From: Acidobacteriota bacterium
GTDB taxonomy: Bacteria; Acidobacteriota; Terriglobia; Versatilivoradales; Versatilivoraceae
Reading direction: 5' to 3'
Assembly (NCBI GenBank): GCA_028875575.1
Contig: JAPPDF010000052.1
Coordinates: 2,554 to 66,553 of the forward strand
Length of the DNA: 64,000 bases
In this document: positions 1 to 10,094 of the stretch, in pieces
Numbering within the stretch: position 1 is the stretch's first letter
Layout of the letters: the number at the start of each line of letters is the position of its first letter
The notes under the pieces: generated by a model
Databases searched by the model: none
Told to the model about the DNA's origin: nothing
What the model saw: the letters and a program-made list of their open reading frames with translations, nothing else
Made by a program: the position numbers and the translations under genes

Positions 1-1
1 G

Positions 2-451
2 GGGGGACGGGAGTTCGTCTTCTACAAGTTCCGGTCCATGGTCGAAAACGCCGAAGCTGCCCAGGGGCAGTTGCAACATCTCAACGAGATGTCGGGACCG
101 GTTTTCAAGATCGGCAAGGATCCCCGCTGCACGCCGGTGGGCCGCCTCCTGCGCAAGTTCAGCCTGGATGAGCTTCCCCAGCTCTTCAACATCCTGAAGG
201 GAGACATGTCTTTCGTGGGGCCGCGCCCGCCACTCCCGCGAGAGGTGGAAAACTACCAGCGCTGGCAGCGTCGAAGGCTTCGGATGAAACCGGGACTTAC
301 CTGTTTGTGGCAGGTTCGCGGCAGAAACGAGATCGATTTCGACGAGTGGATGAAGTTGGACCTGCACTATATCGACAACTGGTCCCTGCTGCTGGACGTC
401 AAGATCGCCTTGAAGACCATTCCGATTGTGCTGCTGGGGAAGGGAACCTGA
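2..451 (+). CDS. Polyprenyl-phosphate sugar phosphotransferase (bacterial sugar transferase, WbaP/ExoY-like), C-terminal part; 5' end lies outside the window
   Basis: The frame is open from base 2. The translation GGREFVFYKFRSMVENAEA...LDELPQLFNILKGDMSFVGPRP matches the conserved C-terminal catalytic domain of the sugar transferase family. Stop TGA at 449-451. Confidence 0.8.
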   Translation, partial: GGREFVFYKFRSMVENAEAAQGQLQHLNEMSGPVFKIGKDPRCTPVGRLLRKFSLDELPQLFNILKGDMSFVGPRPPLPREVENYQRWQRRRLRMKPGLTCLWQVRGRNEIDFDEWMKLDLHYIDNWSLLLDVKIALKTIPIVLLGKGT

Positions 452-462
452 CCGGCTTGGTT

Positions 463-1194
463 TCAGTCCGCCTGATCCCCCCGGACGGAGCCCGCCCGGA
501 TCTCCAATCCGGGCAGCCGGTGGTAATCGGTCCGGTCCTGCACGCCCGCCTCGAGGAAGGAGCGCCGGCGCTCGGCGCACTTGTTGCAACCGCCGCAGTG
601 TTTTTCCCCAACCGGGCGGATACAGGAGAACGTCAACTCCAGGGGCAGCCCCGTGCCCAGTTGGACCACCTCTGTTTTTGAGAGATTTCTGAACGGAGTG
701 AGAATCTCCAGTGGATGGGTTAGAGCGTCGCTTGCCAAACGTTCAAAACCGCGAAGAAAGGCCGGGGTGGCGTCGGGGAAGGGGTTCCCCTTCAACAGCC
801 CCAAAGCGATGACGCCGATCCGGTTAAGCGAGCAATAGACCGCGGCCTTGGAGAGGAGAAGGAGGTTGCGGCCCGGCAGATAGACGGCGCTATCCTCGGA
901 ATGAGCTCCCGGAACGGCCTGGCCGGTGGTGCTCCAATGGGATTGGTAGGTGTCCTCGACCGGAAGACTGAGCTGCCTCAGGGGTTGGATTCCGGAATAG
1001 TTCAGTCGGGCCAGAAACCTCCGGAGCCATATCAGCTCGATCCTTTCCCAGACCAGGCCGGCCCGGACATAAAGGGGTGTGAGCTCCCAGCCCTGTTCGG
1101 CAAGGTGGGCCAACAGAACGCAGCTATCCAGCCCGCCACTGATCAGCACACAGGCCCGGCGATGCTTCCGTCCTCTTGAACTGACCGCGGTCAT
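463..1194 (-). CDS. queC: 7-cyano-7-deazaguanine synthase QueC
   Basis: PP-loop motif VLISGGLDS near the N-terminus and a C-terminal zinc motif CGGCNKCAERRRSF. ATG at 1194 chosen; an in-frame GTG at 1281 would add 29 residues that are atypical for QueC. Confidence 0.8.
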   Translation of the reverse strand: MTAVSSRGRKHRRACVLISGGLDSCVLLAHLAEQGWELTPLYVRAGLVWERIELIWLRRFLARLNYSGIQPLRQLSLPVEDTYQSHWSTTGQAVPGAHSEDSAVYLPGRNLLLLSKAAVYCSLNRIGVIALGLLKGNPFPDATPAFLRGFERLASDALTHPLEILTPFRNLSKTEVVQLGTGLPLELTFSCIRPVGEKHCGGCNKCAERRRSFLEAGVQDRTDYHRLPGLEIRAGSVRGDQAD

Positions 1195-1562
1195 TGCCGT
1201 TTCAGGTGGGCCCAGCCCGGTGTGCGGATCATTCGAGGATAAAGAGCCGGTCGTCAATACAGGCGAACCACGAATGGACACGGATGAACACGAATAGACT
1301 CGATAACAGATAGACCTGCTTCAACGGCAAGCGGCACCAAAATGTGTCTGAAATCTTGCCCCCGTGGCGTGAGTTCGTGTCCTTGGGGAATGACTCGCTA
1401 CATTGGTTTCAAGATCTCTTGAATCGAAGAAACACGGACAGGTGAGTCAAGAATTGTGGATTTCAGGCGGATTGCAGCAAATTTATAATTCAAATATTTG
1501 GTGTCCATTCATGGTTCTTCGTGCCCCTTCGTGGATAACCCCTCAACTGGTTCGACACAAGG

Positions 1563-1883
1563 TCAATCCTTGAACAGACTGTCAAAGGCCGACCTGGCGT
1601 CGAGGGCTGCGGTTCCGGAAGAGGCGCCGGCCCTTGTCTCGGCGGGTGAAAAGTAGTCGCAGAAGTTTGCCCGCTCTCTGTCGCTCACCCATTCAGCCTG
1701 GGTCTCCCGGCATTGATTGTGGACGGTTGGATCGTGGAAGCTGCAATTCTTGCAGACGTGGAGGTCGCTGTGGCATTGGTCGCAACTGTCGTTTCTCGAG
1801 ATCCTGCTACCAGGATCAAGATCAATGGACATGCCGCATTTCCAGCATTGCACGACACTACCTCCCGGATGGCCGCCAATCAC
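1563..1883 (-). CDS. Cys-rich zinc-ribbon hypothetical protein (CWKC...CDQC...CKNC plus two further Cys)
   Basis: 106-codon ORF with a GTG start and three CxxC pairs. It lies immediately downstream (2 bp from) the M16 peptidase gene on the same strand. No family assigned. Confidence 0.45.
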   Translation of the reverse strand: MIGGHPGGSVVQCWKCGMSIDLDPGSRISRNDSCDQCHSDLHVCKNCSFHDPTVHNQCRETQAEWVSDRERANFCDYFSPAETRAGASSGTAALDARSAFDSLFKD

Positions 1884-1921
1884 TCCCGACGGCTTCAGCC
1901 TCCGAACTAATCGAGGCAGTT

Positions 1922-4726
1922 CTACTTCTTGGCAGCCGCGGCGAAGTCTCCTGCCTTGACGATGGTCATCTTGTCCAGGTCCAGGTGGCGTCCGAGGGCG
2001 GATAGGATCTGGTCCGCGGTGAGAGCATCGATCTTCCGCTCGAAGTCCTCGTCCCAGGCCAGCGTTCGACCCTGAAAAAGGCGACTGGCCATGGTGCCGG
2101 CCAGGCGGTTGTCCTGAGATCGGCTCACCTGGCGGGACTGCAGGTACCCCGACTTGGCTGCCGCAATTTCCTTGGCGGTGAACCCGTCGGTGAGCGCCCG
2201 CTCAACCTCCTCCCGGAAGGCCGCTTCCACTCTTTCGATATTTTGCGGCGCCGCAATCGCCCAGGTGCTGAAGGCACCGTGCTCGTCCTTGGCTCGCGCT
2301 TCCAGATAGGCTCGAACCCCGTAGCTGAGCCCCTCTTTCTGGCGAATGCGCACCGCCAGGCGAGAGTTGAGAAATCCGCCGCCCAGCATGTAGTTGCCCA
2401 ACACCAGCGCCGGGTAGTCGGGGTGGCTGTCGCTGACAGCCAGGGGCATTCCGGCGATGAAGACTGCGTTGGCCTTGTCGGGCGTCTCTACCGAACGGTT
2501 GGCCGGGGCGATTTCCTGATAGGGGTTTTCAACTCTCTGGTAAGCACCGGGGCTGCTCCAATCGGGAAAGATCTCCTTCAGGACCTCAACGATGCTGTCG
2601 GTTTCGAAGTCCCCCGATATGGCCACTTCTCCGTCTGAGGCGCCGTAGAAGTCCCGGTGGAATCCTTTCACCTCCTCCAGAGTTGCAGACTTGATGGAGT
2701 CAATTCGCTCGTCAAAGGTGGGCGAATAGTTGACATGCCCCTTGGGATAAGTATTGCCGTGGCGCGCAAAGGTGCTCGCGGCAATCGCTTGGGGATTGCT
2801 CATCTGCTGCTCTATGGCGGCCAGTCGTTCCTCCTTGAGCGTGTTGAACTCCCCTTCCGGAAAGGAAGCCTGGCGAAACACTTCCCCGACCAGCCGCAGG
2901 ACTTCGGGAAGATTCTCCTTGACAGTCTCCATCGATGCGGAGGCGCCGGTCGCGCCTCCCGAGACGCGGCCTGTCGCCTTGAGCCGATCCAGTGCATCCT
3001 GGATCTCCTGCCTGGTGCGCCCCGCCGTGCCTCGCATGAGCATCGATCCGGTCAATCCCGCGATGATGTTCTTATGCATCAGGCTCTTCTCGTTGCCGAA
3101 ATGAAGTCTTATGTTGGCGACGACCGTGCTCCCGCGCGTTTTCTTGGGAAGCAGCGCCAGTTTCAGGTTGGATCCGATCGACAGTCGTTGCACTCGAGAC
3201 TCGATGTTACCGGGTGACGGATCGAATGCCTCACCCGCGGCGACGGCGGCGTCCCCCTTGTAGTCCTTGAGCATGGCTGCGACGTCGGGGCGTTGGGGGA
3301 TTTCGGCCCTGTCCGGATCCTCGGTGGGGACGAATTGCCCCAGGGTTCGGTTGGATGACTTCAGATAAGTGGACGCCGCCCGGTGCACATCTTCAGGCGT
3401 CACTTTTCTGATGCGGTCCCGATGGAGGAAGAAAAGGCGCCAGTCACCCATGGCTACCCATTCACTCAGGCTCAAACCCACTCGATTCACGTCGTTGAGA
3501 GCCAGATCGATGTTCTTCAGCAGTTGCGTCCGCGCCCGCTCGACCTCCTCAGCCTTGGGCGGTTCCCGCCGGATGTCCTCGACCGTGCTCAGGTAGGCCT
3601 GCCGGGCCTGCTCCAGCGAATCCTGCTGGCGCACTTCGGCGCCCAACAGCACAACTCCCGGGTCGTGTAATTGAAAGTTGAAGCCGTAGACTCGGCTGGC
3701 CTTCTTGGTTTCGACCAGTGTCTTGTGCAAACGCCCCGAGGGTGTATCGGAGAGGATATGGGTCAGGAGATCCAGGGCGGCAAAGTCGGGGTGGGATCCC
3801 GCTGGAATGTGGTAGGCGGCCATCAGCAACTGCACGTCGCCCACCCGACGCAGCGTTACCGTGCGTTCGCCATCCTGGGTGGGCTCGGAGGTATAGGGTT
3901 TCTGCAGTCGTCGGGTCGGGCGGGGAATGGGACCGAATTTCTTGGCAATCAAGGCCAGGGTGCTGGCGACCTCGAACTTTCCGGCCACCAGCAGGACGGC
4001 ATTATCGGGCTGGTAGTACTTGCGATAGAAAGCCTTCAAGCGGTCAATGGAGACGTTTTCGATGTCGGAGCGGGCGCCGATAGTGGACTTGCCGTAGTTG
4101 TGCCAGAGAAAAGCAGAGGCCAGCGTGCGCTGCATCAGGATGCGGACCGGATTGTTTTCCCCGCGCTCAAACTCGTTGCGGACCACCGTCATTTCGCTGT
4201 CCAGGTCCTTCTTGGCGATGAAGGAATTGATCATGCGGTCGGCTTCCAGATCCAGTGCCCAATCCAGATTTTTGTCGGTAGCTCTGAAGGTTTCGAAATA
4301 GTTGGTCCGGTCGAACCAGGTAGTGCCGTTGGGGCGGGCTCCATGCTCGGTCAGTTCCTGCGGGATGTTGGGGTGCCGCGGAGTGCCCTTGAAGACCAGG
4401 TGCTCCAGCAGGTGGGCCATCCCGGTCTCACCGTAACTCTCGTGCAGGGATCCCACCAGGTAGGTGATATTCACGGTAATGGTGGGCTTGGAGGGGTCGG
4501 GAAAGAGCAGAATCCGAAGCCCATTGTCCAGGCGGTATTCGGTGATTCCTTCGACCGAAGTCACCCGCTCCATTCCTTCCGGCAGGCTGGAGTCTTGCGG
4601 CCGCACGGGAACCGGCGCCGCGGCAGCGGTGGACCCCGTCCACAAAACCAGGGCGAACAAGACCACGCCCGCCAAAATCATGGCAAGGGGTCTGGAAGAG
4701 AGGGAGATTGTTCTGGGAGACTGCAT
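1922..4726 (-). CDS. M16 family zinc peptidase (insulinase/PqqL-like, two-half single chain) with N-terminal signal peptide
   Basis: Inverted zinc motif HLLEHLVFKGT (HxxEH) in the first half and a second inactive M16 half, about 930 aa. ATG 4726 is preceded by GAGGA 8 nt upstream. Hydrophobic signal MILAGVVLFALVLWTGSTAAAA. Confidence 0.85.
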   Translation of the reverse strand: MQSPRTISLSSRPLAMILAGVVLFALVLWTGSTAAAAPVPVRPQDSSLPEGMERVTSVEGITEYRLDNGLRILLFPDPSKPTITVNITYLVGSLHESYGETGMAHLLEHLVFKGTPRHPNIPQELTEHGARPNGTTWFDRTNYFETFRATDKNLDWALDLEADRMINSFIAKKDLDSEMTVVRNEFERGENNPVRILMQRTLASAFLWHNYGKSTIGARSDIENVSIDRLKAFYRKYYQPDNAVLLVAGKFEVASTLALIAKKFGPIPRPTRRLQKPYTSEPTQDGERTVTLRRVGDVQLLMAAYHIPAGSHPDFAALDLLTHILSDTPSGRLHKTLVETKKASRVYGFNFQLHDPGVVLLGAEVRQQDSLEQARQAYLSTVEDIRREPPKAEEVERARTQLLKNIDLALNDVNRVGLSLSEWVAMGDWRLFFLHRDRIRKVTPEDVHRAASTYLKSSNRTLGQFVPTEDPDRAEIPQRPDVAAMLKDYKGDAAVAAGEAFDPSPGNIESRVQRLSIGSNLKLALLPKKTRGSTVVANIRLHFGNEKSLMHKNIIAGLTGSMLMRGTAGRTRQEIQDALDRLKATGRVSGGATGASASMETVKENLPEVLRLVGEVFRQASFPEGEFNTLKEERLAAIEQQMSNPQAIAASTFARHGNTYPKGHVNYSPTFDERIDSIKSATLEEVKGFHRDFYGASDGEVAISGDFETDSIVEVLKEIFPDWSSPGAYQRVENPYQEIAPANRSVETPDKANAVFIAGMPLAVSDSHPDYPALVLGNYMLGGGFLNSRLAVRIRQKEGLSYGVRAYLEARAKDEHGAFSTWAIAAPQNIERVEAAFREEVERALTDGFTAKEIAAAKSGYLQSRQVSRSQDNRLAGTMASRLFQGRTLAWDEDFERKIDALTADQILSALGRHLDLDKMTIVKAGDFAAAAKK

Positions 4727-4757
4727 GGTTTCTATCCTCGCTTTTATTGGAGCGGTA

Positions 4758-5474
4758 TCAATTCTTGACAAGCGGTGCCACTGGCTCCTTGTCGCGATTC
4801 ATCTCCGGCAAACCGCTGCCGTCAGAGCCTTTGCGGCAATAGCGGGCTTTGGCGGGCGGGAGATTCCACCACACCTGGCGGCAGTCGAACTGGTGTTGTC
4901 GGGCAAACCTGCCAATCCTCGAGTTGACCTTCCGGAGCCGGTCGCGGTCCGCGGCCTTGAGAAAGCGGCTCCTGACGCCGGGGGACAGGGAGTATTCGAA
5001 ATAGACAAACACGCCCCTGGCGGTCAGGTGGTTCATCAGGATCTCCAGGATTTCATCGACCGTCTGAACATCGAAACTGTTGAAGGGAAGTCCGCAGACG
5101 ATGAAATCGTAAGGCCGTGCCTGCTCCAATTGACGCACGTCGGCATTGTGGAGGTTGCATCGGACGCCCCGGGCGTGGAGGTCCTGATTTTGAAGGAAGC
5201 GACTCAAATACCGGCAGAACCTGGGGTTCGACTCGTAGATGTCCAGCCGGTCTCCGGGGATCAGAGACTTGAGGATCCGGGCGGTGAAGACCCCGGTGCC
5301 GGCTCCCACTTCCAGGACCGCAATGGGGCGTTCCGGCCGGTCCTGAAGGGGTTGGACAATTGCCTTGGCCAGAAGCGGTGAGCTGGGGGCGATGGCTCCC
5401 ACGGTGCCGAAACTGGACAGGACCTGGGAAAGAAAAATCCGATTCTGGTCCCAAAAAGGTCTGACTCTCCCCAT
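4758..5474 (-). CDS. Class I SAM-dependent methyltransferase
   Basis: Glycine-rich SAM motif LEVGAGTGVFT. Start assigned to the internal ATG (MGRVRPF...), because the 114-codon upstream extension is Pro/Gly/Ser-rich read-through without homology. Confidence 0.65.
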   Translation of the reverse strand: MGRVRPFWDQNRIFLSQVLSSFGTVGAIAPSSPLLAKAIVQPLQDRPERPIAVLEVGAGTGVFTARILKSLIPGDRLDIYESNPRFCRYLSRFLQNQDLHARGVRCNLHNADVRQLEQARPYDFIVCGLPFNSFDVQTVDEILEILMNHLTARGVFVYFEYSLSPGVRSRFLKAADRDRLRKVNSRIGRFARQHQFDCRQVWWNLPPAKARYCRKGSDGSGLPEMNRDKEPVAPLVKN

Positions 5475-5999
5475 GGCCTGTTGCAATGGACCGCGGCTGG
5501 AGGGGCAGTCGATCAAAGGACTCACCGGAAATTCCCGGGTATGGGTTTCAACCCGGTTGCTGGACGAGTTCCGGCCTTGAAGCATACCCGATCTCGGACC
5601 GTGCGCCAAGCGCGGCGGGCGAGTCGGCGCAAGCGTGTCCCATGCTGCCCCACTGTTCGGGCAACCCTTGTGGATGCCCATTGTCGGCGCTCGCCCGGTT
5701 ATCTCCGCATGGGACGTCCACAAGGGGCACCCACAAGGGGCGCCCCTACGGTCGCACAAGGAATCTGGGCCTGATGGGGAACAATAGATCAGTGGCGCAA
5801 TACCTCCCGGAGCCAAGAATTGATTCCGGGAGGCACTGCCAGCCCTGTATCATAGGGGCGCAAATCGGGGAGAGAGGGTGGTTTTCAATGGGAATTCAGT
5901 TACCCTCTCGGCAATAGTCGACCCGTGCGGCGTCACCTGATCTTGTGTTGGGGTGCCCGCCAATCCGCACTAACCAACTGCTGACTTGGAGTTTCTTCA

Positions 6000-7241
6000 A
6001 TGTTGACCGTCAAGGCCGCCAGGGGAATCGTTCTGGACCATTGCGGCTCCATCCGGCCCGGCCGGTTGTCCACGGAAGTGGTGTCGTTGCCGGCCTCACA
6101 AGGTCGGGTCCTGGCCGAGCCGGTACACCTCGACACAGACCAGCCGCCGTTCGATCGCAGCATGCGAGACGGATATGCCGTCAAGTCCCGGGATCTCGAT
6201 CCGCTGCCGGCCCGGCTCCGATGTGTGGGTGAGATTAAGGCGGGGGAGGTCCCGACCCGGGTTCTGAAATCGGGAGAGGCCATTCAAATCATGACAGGGG
6301 CGCCGGCGCCCAAGGGCGCAGACGCCGTCGTCATGGTCGAGCATACGGAAAGCCTGCCCAAGGATGAAGTGGCTGTGCTTCGATCGGTTCCTTCGGGAGC
6401 CAACATCGCCCCCAGAGGTTCGGAACGCAGGTGCGGCGAACTCCTGATGCCGCCCGCCACCCGCCTGGGTGTTCTGGAGGTGGGAGGCCTGGCCGCGGTA
6501 GGAAAGGCACGGGTTCAGGTTTTTGGGCGTCCGGAGGTCAGCATTTTGGCCACCGGGGACGAACTGGTCGACGTCGATCAGGAACCCGGTCCGGGGCAGA
6601 TCCGCAACTCCAATGCCTATTCTCTATCCGCCCAGGTGGTGAGTCATGGTGGCGTGCCCCGAGTCTTGGCCACAGCCGGAGACACCATGGAACAGCTCAG
6701 GCGGCAAATTCGCCTGGGTCTGGAGAGCGATGTTCTGCTGGTGAGCGGTGGCGTTTCGGCAGGGAAATACGATCTGGTCGAGGAGGTCTTCGAGGAACTC
6801 GGTATTCAAATCCTGTTCGAAGCGGTGAGCATGCGACCCGGAAAACCCACGGTTTTTGCGAGGCGCGAGCAGCAATTCGTTTTCGGTCTTCCCGGCAATC
6901 CCGTGTCGACTTTTGTGGCCTTCGAGCTTTTTGTGTCTCCCGTGCTAAAGGTCCTGCAGGGGTTGCCGGCCGGAGCCCTGAATATGGTGAGGGGGCGGGT
7001 TCAGGAAAAAATTCTGGAGAAATCAGGACGCACGGCTTTGCTGCCGGCAACCGTTACCCTCGACTCCGGCCGCATCTGCATACGACCCGTGTCCTGGAAG
7101 GGATCGGCGGACATCTTCAGCCTGGCGGAGGCCAACGGACTGGTGGTGGTTCCCTTGGAGTGCAGGGAACTGCTTCCCGGCCAGGAGGCTGACGCGCTGC
7201 TGTTCGAGCCCATGAGAGGACTGTCCGGTTGTGAATTTTGA
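6000..7241 (+). CDS. moeA: Molybdopterin molybdenumtransferase MoeA
   Basis: Motifs SMRDGYAV, GDELV and GGVSAGKYD, 413 aa. GGAG upstream of the ATG. Confidence 0.9.
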   Translation: MLTVKAARGIVLDHCGSIRPGRLSTEVVSLPASQGRVLAEPVHLDTDQPPFDRSMRDGYAVKSRDLDPLPARLRCVGEIKAGEVPTRVLKSGEAIQIMTGAPAPKGADAVVMVEHTESLPKDEVAVLRSVPSGANIAPRGSERRCGELLMPPATRLGVLEVGGLAAVGKARVQVFGRPEVSILATGDELVDVDQEPGPGQIRNSNAYSLSAQVVSHGGVPRVLATAGDTMEQLRRQIRLGLESDVLLVSGGVSAGKYDLVEEVFEELGIQILFEAVSMRPGKPTVFARREQQFVFGLPGNPVSTFVAFELFVSPVLKVLQGLPAGALNMVRGRVQEKILEKSGRTALLPATVTLDSGRICIRPVSWKGSADIFSLAEANGLVVVPLECRELLPGQEADALLFEPMRGLSGCEF

Positions 7242-7288
7242 AGCGCGGACCCTGTGATTTTCTTCTTGACGTGGGGAGGAGTTACAGC

Positions 7289-7762
7289 ATGAGCCAGTTC
7301 TCTCACCTCGACGATGCAGGCAGGTTGCGCATGGTGGATGTCTCCTCCAAGCCCGTCACCCAACGCAGGGCTCGCGCCCGGGGTGAGGTCAGGGCGTCCG
7401 CGGAAACCATCGCCCAAATCCACAATAACCGGCTGGCCAAGGGCAATGTCCTCGAAGCAGCCAGGCTGGCAGGGATCATGGCGGCCAAGAACACCGGACA
7501 GTGGATTCCTCTGTGCCATCCTCTGCAACTGAGCCACGTTCAACTGGAGTTCATGGTCAACGACGAAGGGGTGGAAATCGAAGCGACCACCCTGGCCGAG
7601 GGGAAGACCGGGGTTGAAATGGAAGCCCTGGTGGCCGTGTCGGCAGCGGCGTTGACCATTTACGATATGTGCAAGGCCATCGACCGAACCATGGAGATCG
7701 GGAACATCCGCCTGATGGAAAAGTCCGGCGGCCGGTCCGGGCACTTCGTCCGTTCCGATTAG
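7289..7762 (+). CDS. moaC: Cyclic pyranopterin monophosphate synthase MoaC
   Basis: MoaC family sequence (…LSHVQLEF…EMEALVAVSAAALTIYDMCKA). Start ATG 7289 is preceded by GGGAGGAG. Confidence 0.9.
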   Translation: MSQFSHLDDAGRLRMVDVSSKPVTQRRARARGEVRASAETIAQIHNNRLAKGNVLEAARLAGIMAAKNTGQWIPLCHPLQLSHVQLEFMVNDEGVEIEATTLAEGKTGVEMEALVAVSAAALTIYDMCKAIDRTMEIGNIRLMEKSGGRSGHFVRSD

Positions 7763-7821
7763 GCTGCTCTGGTACCGGTTATAATGGGGGTCAGAAATTG
7801 CTGGTGAGGAGTTACTGAATC

Positions 7822-9234
7822 ATGAAGCCACAGACCCTGTTCGACAAGATATGGACAGCCCACCTGGTCCGTGAAGAGCCGGGCCAGCCCTGTCTCCTCT
7901 ACATCGACCGGCACCTGGTGCACGAGGTGACCTCTCCGCAGGCATTCGAGGGACTTCGACTGGCCCGACGGCCGGTTCGCAGACCGGACCTCACCTTCGC
8001 AACCATGGACCACAATATCCCGACCACGGACCGCCAACTGCCCATCCGGGACCCCATTGCAGCCAAACAGGTGCAGACGCTCGAGGAGAACTGCCGGGAA
8101 TTCGAGATCACCCTGTTCGACCTGAACAGCCCCTACCAGGGCATCGTGCACGTCATCGGTCCGGAACTCGGCCTGACGCTGCCCGGGTTGACCCTGGTGT
8201 GTGGAGACAGCCACACCTCGACCCATGGCGCCTTCGGAGCGCTGGCCTTCGGGATCGGCACCAGCGAGGTGGAACATGTTCTGGCCACGCAGTGTCTACT
8301 CCAGGACAGACCCAGAACGCTGTTGGTCCAGGTGGAAGGCCAGCGACCCTATGGTGTTGAGGCAAAAGATATTATCCTTTCCATAATCGGTCGTATCGGG
8401 ACCAGCGGCGGGGCAGGGTCGGTGATAGAGTACGCCGGGCAAACCATCCGAGAGCTCACCATGGAAGAGCGCATGACCGTTTGCAACATGTCGATCGAGG
8501 GAGGAGCACGGGCGGGGATGATTGCCCCGGACGACACGACTTTCAACTATCTCCGGGGCCGAAAGTATGTTCCGGCGGACTTTGAAGCGGCCGTTGCCGG
8601 CTGGAAACACCTGGCCAGCGACCCTGAAGCGGAGTTCGACGACAGCATCCACATCGCGGCCTCCGGCTTGAGTCCACAGGTCACCTGGGGCACCAATCCG
8701 GGCCATGTGGCTCCCATCGATTCCCGGGTTCCCGACCCGGCGGAGTTCGATGATCCCAATGCACGCAAGTCGGCCGAGCGAGCTCTGCAATACATGGATT
8801 TGAAGCCGGGCACGCCCCTGGTCGACATTGCGGTGGATCGTGTCTTCATCGGATCCTGCACCAACTCGCGCCTGGAGGACCTCCGGTCGGCGGCGCGCTT
8901 CGTCAAGGGGCGACGCGTTTCTTCCGGAGTTCAGGCCATGGTGGTGCCCGGATCTCAGCAGGTGAAATGGCAGGCTGAAAAGGAGGGGTTGCACCATTTG
9001 TTTCGGGAGTCCGGATTCGACTGGCGTGAATCGGGGTGCTCGATGTGCCTGGGGATGAACCCCGACATTCTCAGCCCGGGCCAGCGGTGCGTGTCCACCT
9101 CCAACCGCAATTTCGAGGGGAGGCAGGGAAAGGGAGGCAGGACCCACCTGGTCAGTCCCATCATGGCGGCTGCCGCGGCCGTTGAAGGCCATCTGGTGGA
9201 TGTCAGACAATACGACCTGGACGGAACACCTTAA
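7822..9234 (+). CDS. leuC: 3-isopropylmalate dehydratase large subunit
   Basis: Aconitase-family LeuC sequence over 470 aa. SD GGTGAGGAG upstream. Confidence 0.95.
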   Translation: MKPQTLFDKIWTAHLVREEPGQPCLLYIDRHLVHEVTSPQAFEGLRLARRPVRRPDLTFATMDHNIPTTDRQLPIRDPIAAKQVQTLEENCREFEITLFDLNSPYQGIVHVIGPELGLTLPGLTLVCGDSHTSTHGAFGALAFGIGTSEVEHVLATQCLLQDRPRTLLVQVEGQRPYGVEAKDIILSIIGRIGTSGGAGSVIEYAGQTIRELTMEERMTVCNMSIEGGARAGMIAPDDTTFNYLRGRKYVPADFEAAVAGWKHLASDPEAEFDDSIHIAASGLSPQVTWGTNPGHVAPIDSRVPDPAEFDDPNARKSAERALQYMDLKPGTPLVDIAVDRVFIGSCTNSRLEDLRSAARFVKGRRVSSGVQAMVVPGSQQVKWQAEKEGLHHLFRESGFDWRESGCSMCLGMNPDILSPGQRCVSTSNRNFEGRQGKGGRTHLVSPIMAAAAAVEGHLVDVRQYDLDGTP

Positions 9235-9273
9235 CCCAACCTGTCCTGACGCCCAGTCGCCGAGGATGCGAAT

Positions 9274-9885
9274 ATGGAACCCTTTGAGAAAGTTCACGGA
9301 GTGGTGGCGCCGCTGGATCTACCCAACGTGGATACAGACCAGATCATTCCCAAACAGTTCCTCAAACGGATCGAACGGACCGGCTTCGGCCAGTTCCTTT
9401 TCTACGACTGGCGCTTTCTGGAAGGGAAGACCCTCAATCCTGAATTTGAGTTGAATCAGGAACGCTATCGGGGGGCACGCATCCTGGTCGCCCGAGCCAA
9501 CTTCGGGTGCGGCTCCTCTCGGGAACATGCCCCTTGGTCCCTTCTGGACTACGGCTTCCGTTGTGTCATCGCTCCCTCGTTTGCGGACATCTTCTTCAAC
9601 AACTGCTTCAAGAACGGTCTGCTCCCGGTGCGGCTCTCCGAGGAGCAGGTGGAAGCCATTTTTCAGCGCGTTCGAGGGACCGCTGGCTTTCGGATGACGG
9701 TTGACCTGCAGAAGCAGCAGATTCATGCCGAAGGCGGGATGAGCTACAGCTTCCAGGTCGATCCCTTTCGGCGCCGTTGCCTCCTCAACGGTTGGGACGA
9801 TATCGGCCTCAGCCTGCGGCATGAAGACCTGATCTCACAGTTCGAATCCCGAAACGCCCCGCCTCTGAACCACCCGTCGGTCTGA
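9274..9885 (+). CDS. leuD: 3-isopropylmalate dehydratase small subunit
   Basis: LeuD family, 203 aa, immediately after leuC. Confidence 0.95.
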   Translation: MEPFEKVHGVVAPLDLPNVDTDQIIPKQFLKRIERTGFGQFLFYDWRFLEGKTLNPEFELNQERYRGARILVARANFGCGSSREHAPWSLLDYGFRCVIAPSFADIFFNNCFKNGLLPVRLSEEQVEAIFQRVRGTAGFRMTVDLQKQQIHAEGGMSYSFQVDPFRRRCLLNGWDDIGLSLRHEDLISQFESRNAPPLNHPSV

Positions 9886-10094
9886 GCCTGAGCGGCCGGT
9901 TGTTTCAAGCCGCGTCGCACGGGCAGTAGACGAGCCTTGCCGCCCAACCGCATCGGGCTTCGCCATCCGGCTCGGCTTCTGCGACTCCCCCTCAAGGGGA
10001 GAGTGATAGCTGGGGTTCTTGAAGGATGTTATGCGAATATGGAGGGCAGACGCTCGAAGATAATCAGTTGAAAAATCCTATCCGCCGGCAGTTT

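Noticed and set aside
1282-1560. preQ1 riboswitch upstream of queC
   Set aside because: Read on the minus strand, the leader does not show the compact preQ1-I hairpin plus A-rich tail or other preQ1 class signatures by eye. The phased ACGAA repeats are reported instead.
3671-4768. Long alternative-frame or antisense ORFs overlapping real genes (for example 3671-4768 +, 12270-13121 +, 13224-14123 +, 15640-16509 +, 18739-19938 +, 21291-23213 -, 23264-24232 +, 23409-24230 -, 26049-26957 -, 41717-43387 -, 6431-7192 +, 62763-63128 +)
   Set aside because: High GC suppresses stop codons in off-frames. These have no RBS and a biased Arg/Gly/Pro composition, and each is fully embedded in a gene with clear family identity on the other frame or strand.
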